From an uncultured virus (IMG/VR IMGVR_UViG_3300038464_000026) (taxonomy: Duplodnaviria > Heunggongvirae > Uroviricota > Caudoviricetes > Crassvirales), in the IMG/VR virus record IMGVR_UViG_3300038464_000026: a DNA stretch of 20,000 bases; one strand, written 5' to 3'. Shown piece after piece: positions 1-12,100 of this stretch (position 1 is its first letter; the number at the start of each line of letters is the position of its first letter). Position numbers and translations under genes: made by a program. The notes below the pieces were generated by a model. The model had not been told where the DNA came from and did no database searches. It was given only the letters and a program-made list of their open reading frames with translations.

Positions 1-180
1 TCCATATTCGTGAAAAGCACTATCTCTTCTAATATCAGTAGGATTATATTTAACTACAAACTTACCATTTTTACCTTCAACTTCTGCATGACCTGATATA
101 TTTCTATCTTCAATAAATGGTACATTAACTCCATGCTTAGCCCATATACTATTCAAATACTTCATCTTCTTTGAGAACCT
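1..180 (-). other. Second zincin-like metallopeptidase domain (truncated by the window edge)
   Basis: KMKYLNSIWAKHGVNVPFIED..ISGHAEVE..NGKFVVKYNP....DSAFHEYG at nt 1-12. The lead-in parallels zincin 1. The second His of HExxH would fall just outside the window. Confidence 0.65.
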
Positions 181-3100
181 ATCAGCAGAATCCTCTGGTA
201 AAATATTAGCTCTTTGTTCAAATCTAAATTGTTCACCAGAAGGTTTAACATTAATATCAGGTACGTCTAATAGTTTCAATTCAGACTTAAAAATTTCATT
301 CTGAAATACTTCAAAATCACTATATGATTTAAGAGCATCTTCCACATATTCTTTTTCATTATTATATGGGAATTTCTGATTAGGATGCTCTTTATTCCAT
401 CTATCTTCATTTTTATCATAAGCTGTAATAATAACTTGAGCAATATCACTATTATAATAATCTCCTAATTCATCATCATTATCTTTATCAAAATGAGTAA
501 TAAAATCTTTTAAATCATCAACTTTAATATCCCTATTAGCTAATTTAATAGTAGGAGATTCTTTAGGTTCTGTAAAATCTAATGAAGTTTGTTCAATTTT
601 AGACTTAGGCTCTTTAAGTCCTCTTACTTCATTAATATAATCTCTTAAAGCATCAGCATGAGAATAGTACTTTTCAGTCTTATAATATAATAATGTTTTA
701 CCATCTAATTTACCACTATTAATTTGTTCTAATATCCATTTTCTTTGTTCAGGTTTAACATTAGTCCATTCTTTACCATTTTTATCAGTAAATGTAGCAT
801 CAGGATTCTTTAACCATTCTTTATATGCAGTAACAGCATCATTTATATTCTTCATTTGTATAGTACCTGTTCCTTTATCTGTCCCAGTAAATGGATTACC
901 ATAATGTTCATCTGTATTATATTTTCTTAATACATTAACTTCATTAGAATTAGATTCTTTAACATCAGAGAGTCTACTAAAATCCCTAACTTTACTAGGA
1001 ATATATCTAACTTCATATTCTTTAGGAAGCACTACATTACTAGGAATATTATCTTTTAGTTCACTAAATATATTCTTAATTTCATCTACTTTATATCCTG
1101 CTAAATTTGAACCTAATTTGGTTACTAAGAACTTCTTATCTGGAGTATTCTTAGCAAAAGTAAGCATTTTATTAATACCTTCTTTTATCTCATCTAAAGA
1201 AGATGATTTAGAAACTTTCCAATCTTTCTTAGTTATAATAGCATAAGATTGACCTTGTAATCCTTCTGCTTGACCCTGTATAGCCCCAAACTTATCCTTA
1301 GCTATTAATGCAGCACCTTTACCATGATTACCTTCTGCATTACTTCCAAATACAAATATTTCATTAGGTTTCAATGAGGTTATATTATCAGGAGTAGATT
1401 CTTTAGGAATATTACTCACTTTTTTATAAGCATCAATTAGAGATTTAATAAAAGAATTTGATTTTCCTTCTCCTGATTCCCAAAAATTATCTCCTTTAAC
1501 TATATGTGTACACTTTTCTAAATATTCTATTCCTCCTCTTTCAGTTATTCCTTTTACTAGTTCAGGATAAGTTTTTAATTTAATCTCTATTAAATCACTC
1601 ATTAATTTATTAGTAGTCTTATTTTTAAGATATTCAGTTTTATTAGCTTGATAAGCAGCTTCTACGTCCTTATATTTTTTTCCATTATATTCAATAGGAT
1701 AATCTTCACTTAAATGACCTTTAGATTTAGCTAATACTGTGGGATTAGTTAAAGATGCAGCAAATCCTTTACTATTAGAACTAATATTATCACCTTTAAT
1801 TTTTTCATTAAGCAATTTAATATTATCCTTATTTTCCTCCAAAGGGGGATTCTCTATATTCTCTTCAGTTCTATTAAGTTTACCACTAGCTATACTTCTT
1901 AGCATCTTTTTTTCTAAATATTTATCTAAGAACCTTTCATCTCTACTATAATCTTCTATAGTAAAATAAGATTCATTAATTTGGTCTTTAAATTGTTGTT
2001 CTGTTGCACCAACTTTATTACTATCAAACATAGTAGGTTCATTAGTAATTTCTTGAACATTCCATTTACCTTTAGTTTCAACAGGATAAAATATCATATA
2101 TTTAATATCCCTATTAGTATGATACCTTTTAAATATAGTATATGATTTAGTTTTATCATTACGTACTTTAATATACATACTATTCTTAATAGAATTATCT
2201 ATGTGTTTAGTAAATTTATCAATATTATAAAATATCATAGGAGTATTAGGATTACTATCCCATCTTGGAGTACCCCAATCAAGTTCATTATTATGAAACA
2301 TAGCTCTAGCTTCTGGTATATTATTTATATTACCTCTTATAAATATATCAGTTAATTCCTTAGGCAATGATATAGTTCCATTGTGTATATCTTTATTTGC
2401 GTTATTAAGCACATCCCCAACTTCTGCATTAATTAAAGCTTCAATAGGTACTAATTTAGCAAAACTATTATTTCCATAAGCAAACCCAAATGTATCTTTA
2501 GCATATTTAACAGCACTATCAAATAATTCATTTTCAAATTCTTCATCTATAGACATATTAACACTACCTCTATGATTCATAGCTTGGAAACTATTAATCA
2601 AATCATTATCTAAATCAATCTCATTATGAGTATTCTTAAAATCTACATAATGAAATTCATTTTTATCAATATCATAAGGAGATAACTTAGTATCTAAATA
2701 ATTAAGTACATGCTTAGATAAAGGGTTTAAATCAAGCCTTATTTTTTGAGCTTCTATTTTCTCACCAAAACTTAAATCTTTAAATGTATCAAATGATATA
2801 TTTTTAGAAGGTTTATTAATTTCAATCTTACCAACTCCTAAATTCTTAATCGTTTCTTCTCGATTAGGTTTAAACCAATCATGTTCTTCTAGTAGATGAT
2901 TAATAAGCATATTAATAAATTTTCTATATAATCTATCTTTAGCACTTTGATTAAATATATTTAAATCATTATATATCTTATTAATAAGGAAATGAACTTG
3001 ATTACTTTCAATAGTAAAATGTTTAGCAAGTATATCTATAGCAGCTTGATTAACATATTTTACATAATGCTCTAAATTAGGATATACAGATTCTTTATTA

Positions 3101-6100
3101 AATCCAAATAAATTAGGAAATACAGCATATTCAAAAGGTTTACCATTTATGATTATATTACCATTAGTTTTAAGTATATTATCTATATAATCTCTATTAA
3201 ATGATACATTATCTCCAGCACCAGCTTTATAACTATTTAATTTCTGAGAAGCACTAAGAAGGTCTTTACCAACCTTAGTTAATTCCTCATATCTATTAAT
3301 TAAATTTAATTGTTGAGCATAATATATAACTTTTTGTTCAGGAGATAATTCATCTATTTTAGTACCATTTTTAAGAATAGTATTCATTTCAGGGACAGTA
3401 TAATATTCAGGACTATCTTTATCGTAATATTTACCTATAAGTTTTATATTAGATTTGTTAAATATATTATAAGTATAGTTTTTATTAGCTATATTCTCAT
3501 CAATTTTTACTACATCATAGTCTTTAAATAAAGTTGGGTCAAATGAGGTTGGGTCTATTTCTTTCTGAGTTTGATATAGTAATTTAGCATATTTGTTTCT
3601 TATATAAGCCACTGCAAACTTCTTATCTACTTCTGAACTAGTTAATAATGAATTATCAGTATGCACTTTAGTTATATCTCTAATACTATTTTGAGCTATA
3701 AGATTCCAAGCATAATCATAATCACCATTTAAAAGAACAGAGCTATGAACGATACTATCAGTAAATTTATTATAATTAACAGGTATATCTTCAAGTTTGG
3801 AAATATCTGTCATAGCATCTAAAAGTTGACCAAGTTCAGCAGTACTTACTTTTTTATGATTAATATAAACTATATCAGGATTTTTATCATCTTTTGTAAT
3901 AATACCCCTTTTTTCTAAATCCTCTAATTTAAGTCCTCTTCTATCTTCTAAATCTTTTAAACTATATTTTTGAGTTACACCCTCAGATAATTCTCCTCCA
4001 ATAAAACTTAGAGCATCTATAGTAGGTATTTCACCAGCAATATGTGATATAAGTTCTTTTCCACTACTATGTTTATCTGTAAATCTGTGTTGCTCATTAA
4101 GTGTACTATATGATTCAATTCCAGTAGGGTCTACTATATCTCTGACTTTACTTGCTGCATCCATAGATTCTTTATATAATACAGGCTTAACTTGAGCATA
4201 TAATGTAGAAGGATGAGAATATATAGTTTTCCATATACTTACTAATTCATTCTCATCTGCTTCTTGAGAACCTGGTTTAGCATCAGTATTATGAATATGA
4301 ATATATAATTTATCACTATCATTATCACTACCCATAGCAGTCATAGCATGAGGAGGAATTATACATATACCTCCAGATGATTTAGGTAATATTTCAACTA
4401 CTTTAAATACACCTCCACTATGTAAATCTGAAAATGGAGTTCTATACCCAAACATAGATTGTTGTTCTTCTGTAAGTTCATTAGCAAGTTTCAATACAGG
4501 TTCACCATTTACGAATATTAATTTTCCATTTTCATCAGATTTATAACATTCATCTCCCCAAGCACTAATAGCTATTTCATGTACTATTCCTTTTTTCTCA
4601 TCATAGTAACTTTTAACAGATTTACCTCCTCTTCCAGCATTACTAACTATAGTAAACTGTCCACCATTTATTTTATAATTAGTAATTCTATTATCAAATA
4701 GAGCCATTAAATCTTGAGCTACTTTATTAGTAATAGAAGGCCAATTAAGTCCCATAGGAAGTTCACCATTCTCATTAGTTTTAAAAAGTAATTGAATATT
4801 TATATTAGTACCAAATTTAGAACTAGAAGAATTTAGTATCTTAGCTAATTCATTAGGGTCATTTAATTCACCTTTTAATTTATCAGATTCTCCCTTTATT
4901 ATATTATATTGAGCATTATTGAACCTAGTAAATAATTCAGTACCACTAATATTATTTCCATTATGATTATATGTTTCGGTAAGTATAAGATGATTAATAA
5001 TCATAGCCTTAATTTGCTTACTGACTCTTATCTTAGCTTTCCATGAATGGTCAGGTATTTCAACCTGACTACCAGTAGCAGAAGTAGGAATATCTGTAAT
5101 TTCACCAGTAAACTTACTATTTATAACTGAACCTACACCATGTGCACCAACTTTAACAGCAGAATTATAAGATACTTTATCTATTCTAGCATCTTCTATT
5201 GCCTTTCTAATTTCAGCTAATAGACTACCTTCATTTGCATAATAATCATCTAGTCTATAAATAGCACTCTTGAGTTGAGTACTAAATATTTGATTTAAAT
5301 CTGGATTATATATTCTATCATAAGTATAACTTTTTTGTACTCCTAATTGAGGAGCATCATATTCATCCATGTGTATAAACTTATATACTCCATCTTTACT
5401 TTTTTCTATATAACCATTAAGATTAACACCTTTTTCAAGTAGATATTTAATATAGAAATCATTAGATACTAATTCTTGACCATCAGATTCAGTAGTACCA
5501 TCTCTGTATGTTTGAAGTGCTTCATTTATCTTTCTATCACTAATTCCTTGTTTTCTTAATGCTTTCTCTAAATCATCTATTATATTAGATTTACCCATTA
5601 TGTCATGGAGTGTTATATTCTTATAACCATCTCCCATGTGTAATCCAGAGAAGTTACTTCTAGGAGCTAATAATTCCTTAGCTCTTTTAGCTTTATCTTC
5701 AGAAGTAGCATATTCAGCATCTGTTCCAAGAAATAAGTTACCTGTTTCAACATTATTAATATAACTATTTACTCCAAATTCAGTTATAACTTGTTTCCAT
5801 ACACCTCCTGCTATAGGATTTTTACTATCAGTCCATATACCCTCACTCATCTTTTCAAATGGAGCATACTTAGGAAGTTCAGTATTAATTATATTGTCTA
5901 TAAACTTATCTACAATATCTGTTATTTCTTTGACTGTTTTATTTTGTGATTCATTCTTCCTATCTCTTTTACTATCATCAATTAAGAAATCTATCCCATC
6001 AACTATCATACCTTGAGAGAATAAATCTTTACTAAGATTATTTAATTCAGGTATATTATGAAACTTAAATACTCTACCTATAGCATTATCATCTTTGTCA

Positions 6101-9100
6101 ATATATGTAGGATTCTTAGTTTTTTTATCTTCAATATAATGATAATTCTTTACAAGACCTGTTAAATCATCTTTTAATTTATACTTACCATCTTCTTGTT
6201 GTTCAAACATTTGATGTTTAGCTTGTAACATTCTAGCAAGTTCTTGTCTAACTGTATTCATAATTCCATTATATAATGGAGAGTTCTGTTTAAGCTTACC
6301 ATTAAGATAATCTCTCTCAGATGTATAAATTATAGGAGCAGCAAGTCCATATCTTTGACCACTATCACCTTGCGTAACTAATGGAGTTCTACTTATATGA
6401 CTATTATCAATAGGTATAAGATATGAATATAAATCATATAGATAACGGTCAGAGTTAGTCATTTCGCTATTATCTTTACTATCTATACCAAACTTCATAC
6501 CTTCAACAGGATATATTCTAAGTTTAGTAAAATCTTTTATAGTTTTTTCTATATCCTTAGAGAACCAATTACAAAAAGATATTCCAGGAATATGCTTATA
6601 TAATATCAATTTAGCTCTAACAGCTTTCTGTATTTCAGGATTACTATTATTAAATTTATCAAATTCATTAGTTAATGAGGATGGAGGACTAATAGGATAT
6701 TTTAACTTACCTTTAAAATCTAGATAACTGGCTTGATAACTAACCATTCTAAATGGATATACTGCCTCAGCTAATTTGTTAACTCTATCTCCTATAGTTC
6801 TATCCTTCCCAACTTTACCTTCTTTATCAAGTTTACTACCTAAATATCCAGCTATAAATCTTAATGGCACAACAAATATTTTATAAAAAGCTTCTACAGG
6901 AGCTTCTTGAGTATTCATAAAATTAGATATTTCATCAGGGGTTATTCTAATACCAAATTCCTTATATTGTTTACTAACAATATTAATTACTTTATCTAAT
7001 TTATCAGAGGTAATATCTTCATTATATTTAGTAGTACCTGCTGTATCTTTAGTAGTAAGACCACCTTCTAAATTATGAAGTAATCCTTCTCCAATATTAC
7101 TCTTTTTAATAGGGTCATATTTTCCTTTAGTTGTTAATCCACTTTCTAAATCTTTTCTTACTTTCTCTTCTAAAGTATTCATTTTTTGACCTAATTGCTC
7201 ATACCAACTATCTACTAATTGATGTGATATATCTTTATAAGAATGTTGTACTTTAGCTATTATTTTATAAGAACCATCATTACTAAATATTTTTGTAAAA
7301 TGTATTCCTAATTCATCTCTTAAAGATTGACTAAATGAGGTAAAAAATGCAGCAACTAAATCCTTATTATCCCCGTTGAGACGCTTAATTATTTCTTTTA
7401 CAGTAGGATTACTTGAAGACAATTTATTTAATTTATAAAACATATCTTGTACAGTACTAGACCTTAATATTCCATTAGCACCATCAGATAATGTATTAAA
7501 TATATCACTATAATTAGTAAATTTAGGTAATCCTGTAATATCATTTATTTTGTATTCTCCTTTCATATTGGTTAAAGGAAGATTTCTTAGAAAATTCTTA
7601 ACTCTAATATTTACACTATTATTTATATTAATAATATGGTTATCTTCTTGAAATCCCTTACCTTCTGTTTCTCTTTTATTAGTCTCTTTTTCATCATCAT
7701 CTATATTAATCTTATAGTCTCTATTTAAAGCTATCTGAGCTTTAGTCCATATACTATTTTTAGTAGTAGATTCATCTTTAATATCATGTGCAGTTATAGC
7801 ATCAACAACTTTAGCATGAAATGCTTGTTGAGCATCTGTACGAGGATATATATTACCTACATTAACATTATTTGGTTGACTCCAATTTCTAAATTGATTA
7901 GTAACTCTATCTTTAAGACTATACTTACTTCGTTTATCTTTATCTTTTTTAGTATCTCCTTGTGTAAGTTGGTCTATAGTATGATTTATTAATTCAATAG
8001 CAGCCTTTTCTTCAATTCCATTAAATCCTGTAGCAAATTTATCTTCTTGTTTAACTTGACTATACCCTACAAAAGGTTTAACACTATCATATTCATTTCT
8101 ATCAAGTTCTATATTAGGGTCTAACATAAACTTAGCTAAATCACTTATAGTAGTTTTAGGCCCAAAGTAATCTAATCCAACTCTATTAGGAACTATACTT
8201 TTAATAGTTTCTTTAATTTCATTCCAGAAAGCTAATATAGCCTCTTTAAGAGATTGTTTAACATTTCTATCTTGTAATATATCAACTGCTTTTCTACCAC
8301 TTACTTCAACTATAGCTTCTTCATAACCAGCATCAGTTAGTGATTTACCATCAGTGCTGTAATCTTTATCAGATAATATATTAGATAATAATCCTGAATT
8401 ATTAATTAAAGTATCATTAATCTCATTTATTAAATTAAGATAAGCAGGAGTATTCTTAGTCTTTAAAGCACGTACAAGTGGATGTAAATATTCATGGAAA
8501 GGAGTATCATAACTAGCATATCTAGTATTAATATCAACTTCTTTACCAAATCTACCTTTGAATTTATCTGCAACATCAAGTAAATTAAATTTATAACCCA
8601 TCTTCTCTCCAAGCATATTTAATATACCTTTTATTGCTTCAGGAGCATCTTTATAAGCAGGTAATATAGGATTACCTTTATAATCTACTGTAACACCTTC
8701 TTTAAGTCCTTTATGTTCTATAGAATTATTAACTTTACTAAATAATATAGATTCTTTATCTATATTTTTAAGTGATATTTTGTTCCAACTATTACCATAT
8801 TCATCAGTAAATTCAGTAAGCCTATCACCATATAATTTGGTTAATATATTTTTAATAGTTTTACCATAATAAGCTTCTATTGGAGCAAGTTTCTCAATAC
8901 CTTGAGTTTTAAGGTCAGATTTTTGTTTTTCTAAATTTTCAATTCTATAATCTATCTTTTTTTGAGCAGATTCTATATCATTATATTCACTAAGAATTTC
9001 TCCATTTTTAGTAATAACTCTATAAGTAGCTTGTAAACTAGTAGGAAAATCATCATCTATACCTTTATCTATTTTTTCTATTTTAGCAGATTTCCATTTA

Positions 9101-12100
9101 TCTAAAATTATATCTAAAGCAATTATTTCATCAGCTATAATTTGATGTCTTTGTATTCTTGCAGCAGTTTCACCCATTGGGAACATTATATTTTCATATC
9201 CTTTATTAGCTGCCTTCTGCATTATAGATTTAATAAAAAATGTAACCCAATTATTATCTTTATTAAGTAATTGAAGAAATCTATTAGCATTATTAGGCTT
9301 TCCTTGTTCCCAATTATCTAATCTAGTTTGATATTCTTCCTCACTCTCATCAATATACGGATGGTCATGTATATCTACCTCATGCTGATAGTCAAGTATA
9401 TCTACCTCATATGACCAATGAGAATCATTTTTTCCTTTAGGTCTTTTAATATATACTAAACTATCCCTACCTCTACTTTTCTGAAATAAATCAGATTGTA
9501 CTTCTTGTACTCTAAGGTCTTTAGTTTCAGTTTTATAGTAATCTCTTGCTATTTCAACTGCATGATTATAAACATCACTTGAAACTTCTTTTTCAATAAA
9601 ATCAGAACCTTTTTCCCTTATATAATATTTACCATTTTTACTATAATACTCATGAGTACCAGTTTCTATTTTATTGCCATCATCTTTTATGAAACCATTA
9701 CTTTTTTCATCAGCTCTAAACCATCCAATACTATTCTTATTAGCAAAATTAGCATGAGATTTAATACTAGGTTCTACTCCAGGCACTCTAATATCCCATT
9801 CTTGATAATTAGTACCACCTTTAGCAGATAAATATTGATAAACTTTAGATGATGTAACAATATTATCTGGAAGAGAGTTATATATATTCTCATAATCTTC
9901 TTTATTAATCTCTTGACCATTTTTATAATATTTAACTCTATATAATTCATCAATCTCTTCATCAGTACGTCCTCTAGTAATATATGCTAAGGCAGCTTCA
10001 TCAATATTATTTGTAGCTTCATCAAATGTTAAATCTTGTATATAATATCTATCTCCATCTATATTAAAATTAGAAATTGATTGAGGAATAGTTTTATCAT
10101 CAGATAAACCTCTTTTGATTACTATATCTTTCTTAAAATCTTTATCTAATAATTCAGCAACTTCTTTACCAGTTAAATTATTATATCCTTTAACTACTTC
10201 CCTAACTAAATCTATTTGTTCTTTTTTTACTCCACTATTTTTAAGTGCATTAAAGAATGCTTCACCTTTATTCTTAGATATATCATATTTAGGGAAACCT
10301 TCTTTATACATGGCATTAACTGCCTTAAACATATATTTAACATTATCATTACCTAATTCAAACTTTTGATATTTATATTTATTATTAAGTTCTTTTAGTT
10401 TATTCTCAGCATCATTAGAGTTATCAAAAGATAATTGATTATTATTATCAAATCCTTCTTCATATTTAATAGCAAGAGATTCATCAAGTAAAGTAGGAGT
10501 AACCTTTTGAAATAAAATATTATCATCACCAATACCTTTATATTCAGTACCTTTTATTCTATCTACTCTTTCAGCATAAACTTTATCTGATTCACCAGAA
10601 CGTCTAGTAGATGTATTATAAGGTATCTCTTCTTTATATTCTCCAGTTTCTATTAATTTATCATAAGCAGCTAAAGTATGATGACCTATAACAGTAGTAT
10701 AAGTTTCATTATTATTTTTTATAAGTTTACCACTTTCGTCTACTTCAAGTTGTATAGGAGGTCTTTCACCATTTCTAATTTGAGCTATTTTTTTTTGTAC
10801 AGATTCATTATCAACTACACCTTTGAGTTTATCTTCATCATTAATATCAGAATGAGCAAAAGATTTCCATTGATATTTATCAGGTTCTGTAATAATATTA
10901 GCTCTGGGCATAGTTTCCACTCTAGTAGGAGTAACTATAGGTTCAACTTCTTTAAATTCATCTAATTCAGATTCTAATACAGCTATAGCAGCATTTAAAT
11001 TATTTATTATATATTCATTTTTATCTTTTACTATAGGTTTAGATTTAGAAGTTCTAGGAGCATTAGTAATAGTTCTTTCAGAGGTTAAATCCATATGAGT
11101 ATCATAATCTCCAGCAGGTATTATTTCATTAGGGGCAACTTCTCTATACCCCTCAGGTATTTTCTTTTTAAGTAAATTAATTAAAGTATCATTTAATAAA
11201 TCTAGGTTACTAGTAACTTCTTCTTTACTATTATAATCTTTGTTTACTAATTTATCTAAATAATTAGTAAGAAGACCATACCTATCAGCTTCAATAGATT
11301 TATCTATTACATTAGATAACTCAGTATTAACTATAGATTTATTATTTGCAATCTTATCTTCACTAGTAGGTAAATCTTGAGATTTAGAAGATTCCCCCTT
11401 TGGAGGAAATAATGATAGAGATTTCTCTTTTTCTATATTATCACCTTCTTTTTCTATATCACTTGATGAAGTTATTGTAGCAGGTTGAGTTCCTCTTATA
11501 ACATTATTACCTAAATATTCATTATCATTACTAACAAGTTTACCATTATAACATTGTATTCTACCTGATTTTATTAATTCATTACCTTCTTTGTTTAATT
11601 CAGTTTCATCTGTATCCTTACCATTTTCATCTTTTACTTTAGTAGTTTCTTTTGAAACAGGCATGTACTTACCTTCTTTATCAGAATACTCATATCTATT
11701 CTTATTTATATTTCTTTGTTTATTTTCTAATAAAGGTTTTAATATTTTTTCTAATTCATCATTAGTAGTTGCTTTAGCAAATGGCTTATCATCAACTATA
11801 ATACTATATTCTTTATTTTTACTATCTAATATAACCTTTACGTATTCACTTTTTGTAATATCAATATAATGTTCAAACTCAAGAACATCTATATCTCCAG
11901 CATGAATACCAGTATTAGGTTTAGCATTACTATTAATTGTAAAGTTAATCTTTTTTCTATCTGTTGTATTATCAGGAAAACTATACCATATTAACTGTTC
12001 TATTGCATTTACTTCTTTTCTTATATCCTTTTTACCCTCTTTAATCTTAGTTAGTGCCTTATCTATATTATCCCATATAATCTTATATTCAGCTTCATTA

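Noticed and set aside
556..1407. Identical KES codons (agattcttt) at all three junctions of the eraser cassette (556, 952, 1396)
   Set aside because: The same 9-mer also occurs in frame inside the RNAP core (~3088, ~4165), so it is plausibly chance in an AT-rich, K/E-rich gene.
1950..7980. Intron or intein interruption of the RNAP
   Set aside because: The frame is continuous, and I noticed no intein splice-junction or homing-endonuclease motifs in the parts translated.
9774..9962. 62-aa minus-strand ORF
   Set aside because: It is an out-of-frame overlap inside the giant ORF, whose own frame carries conserved-looking motifs here.
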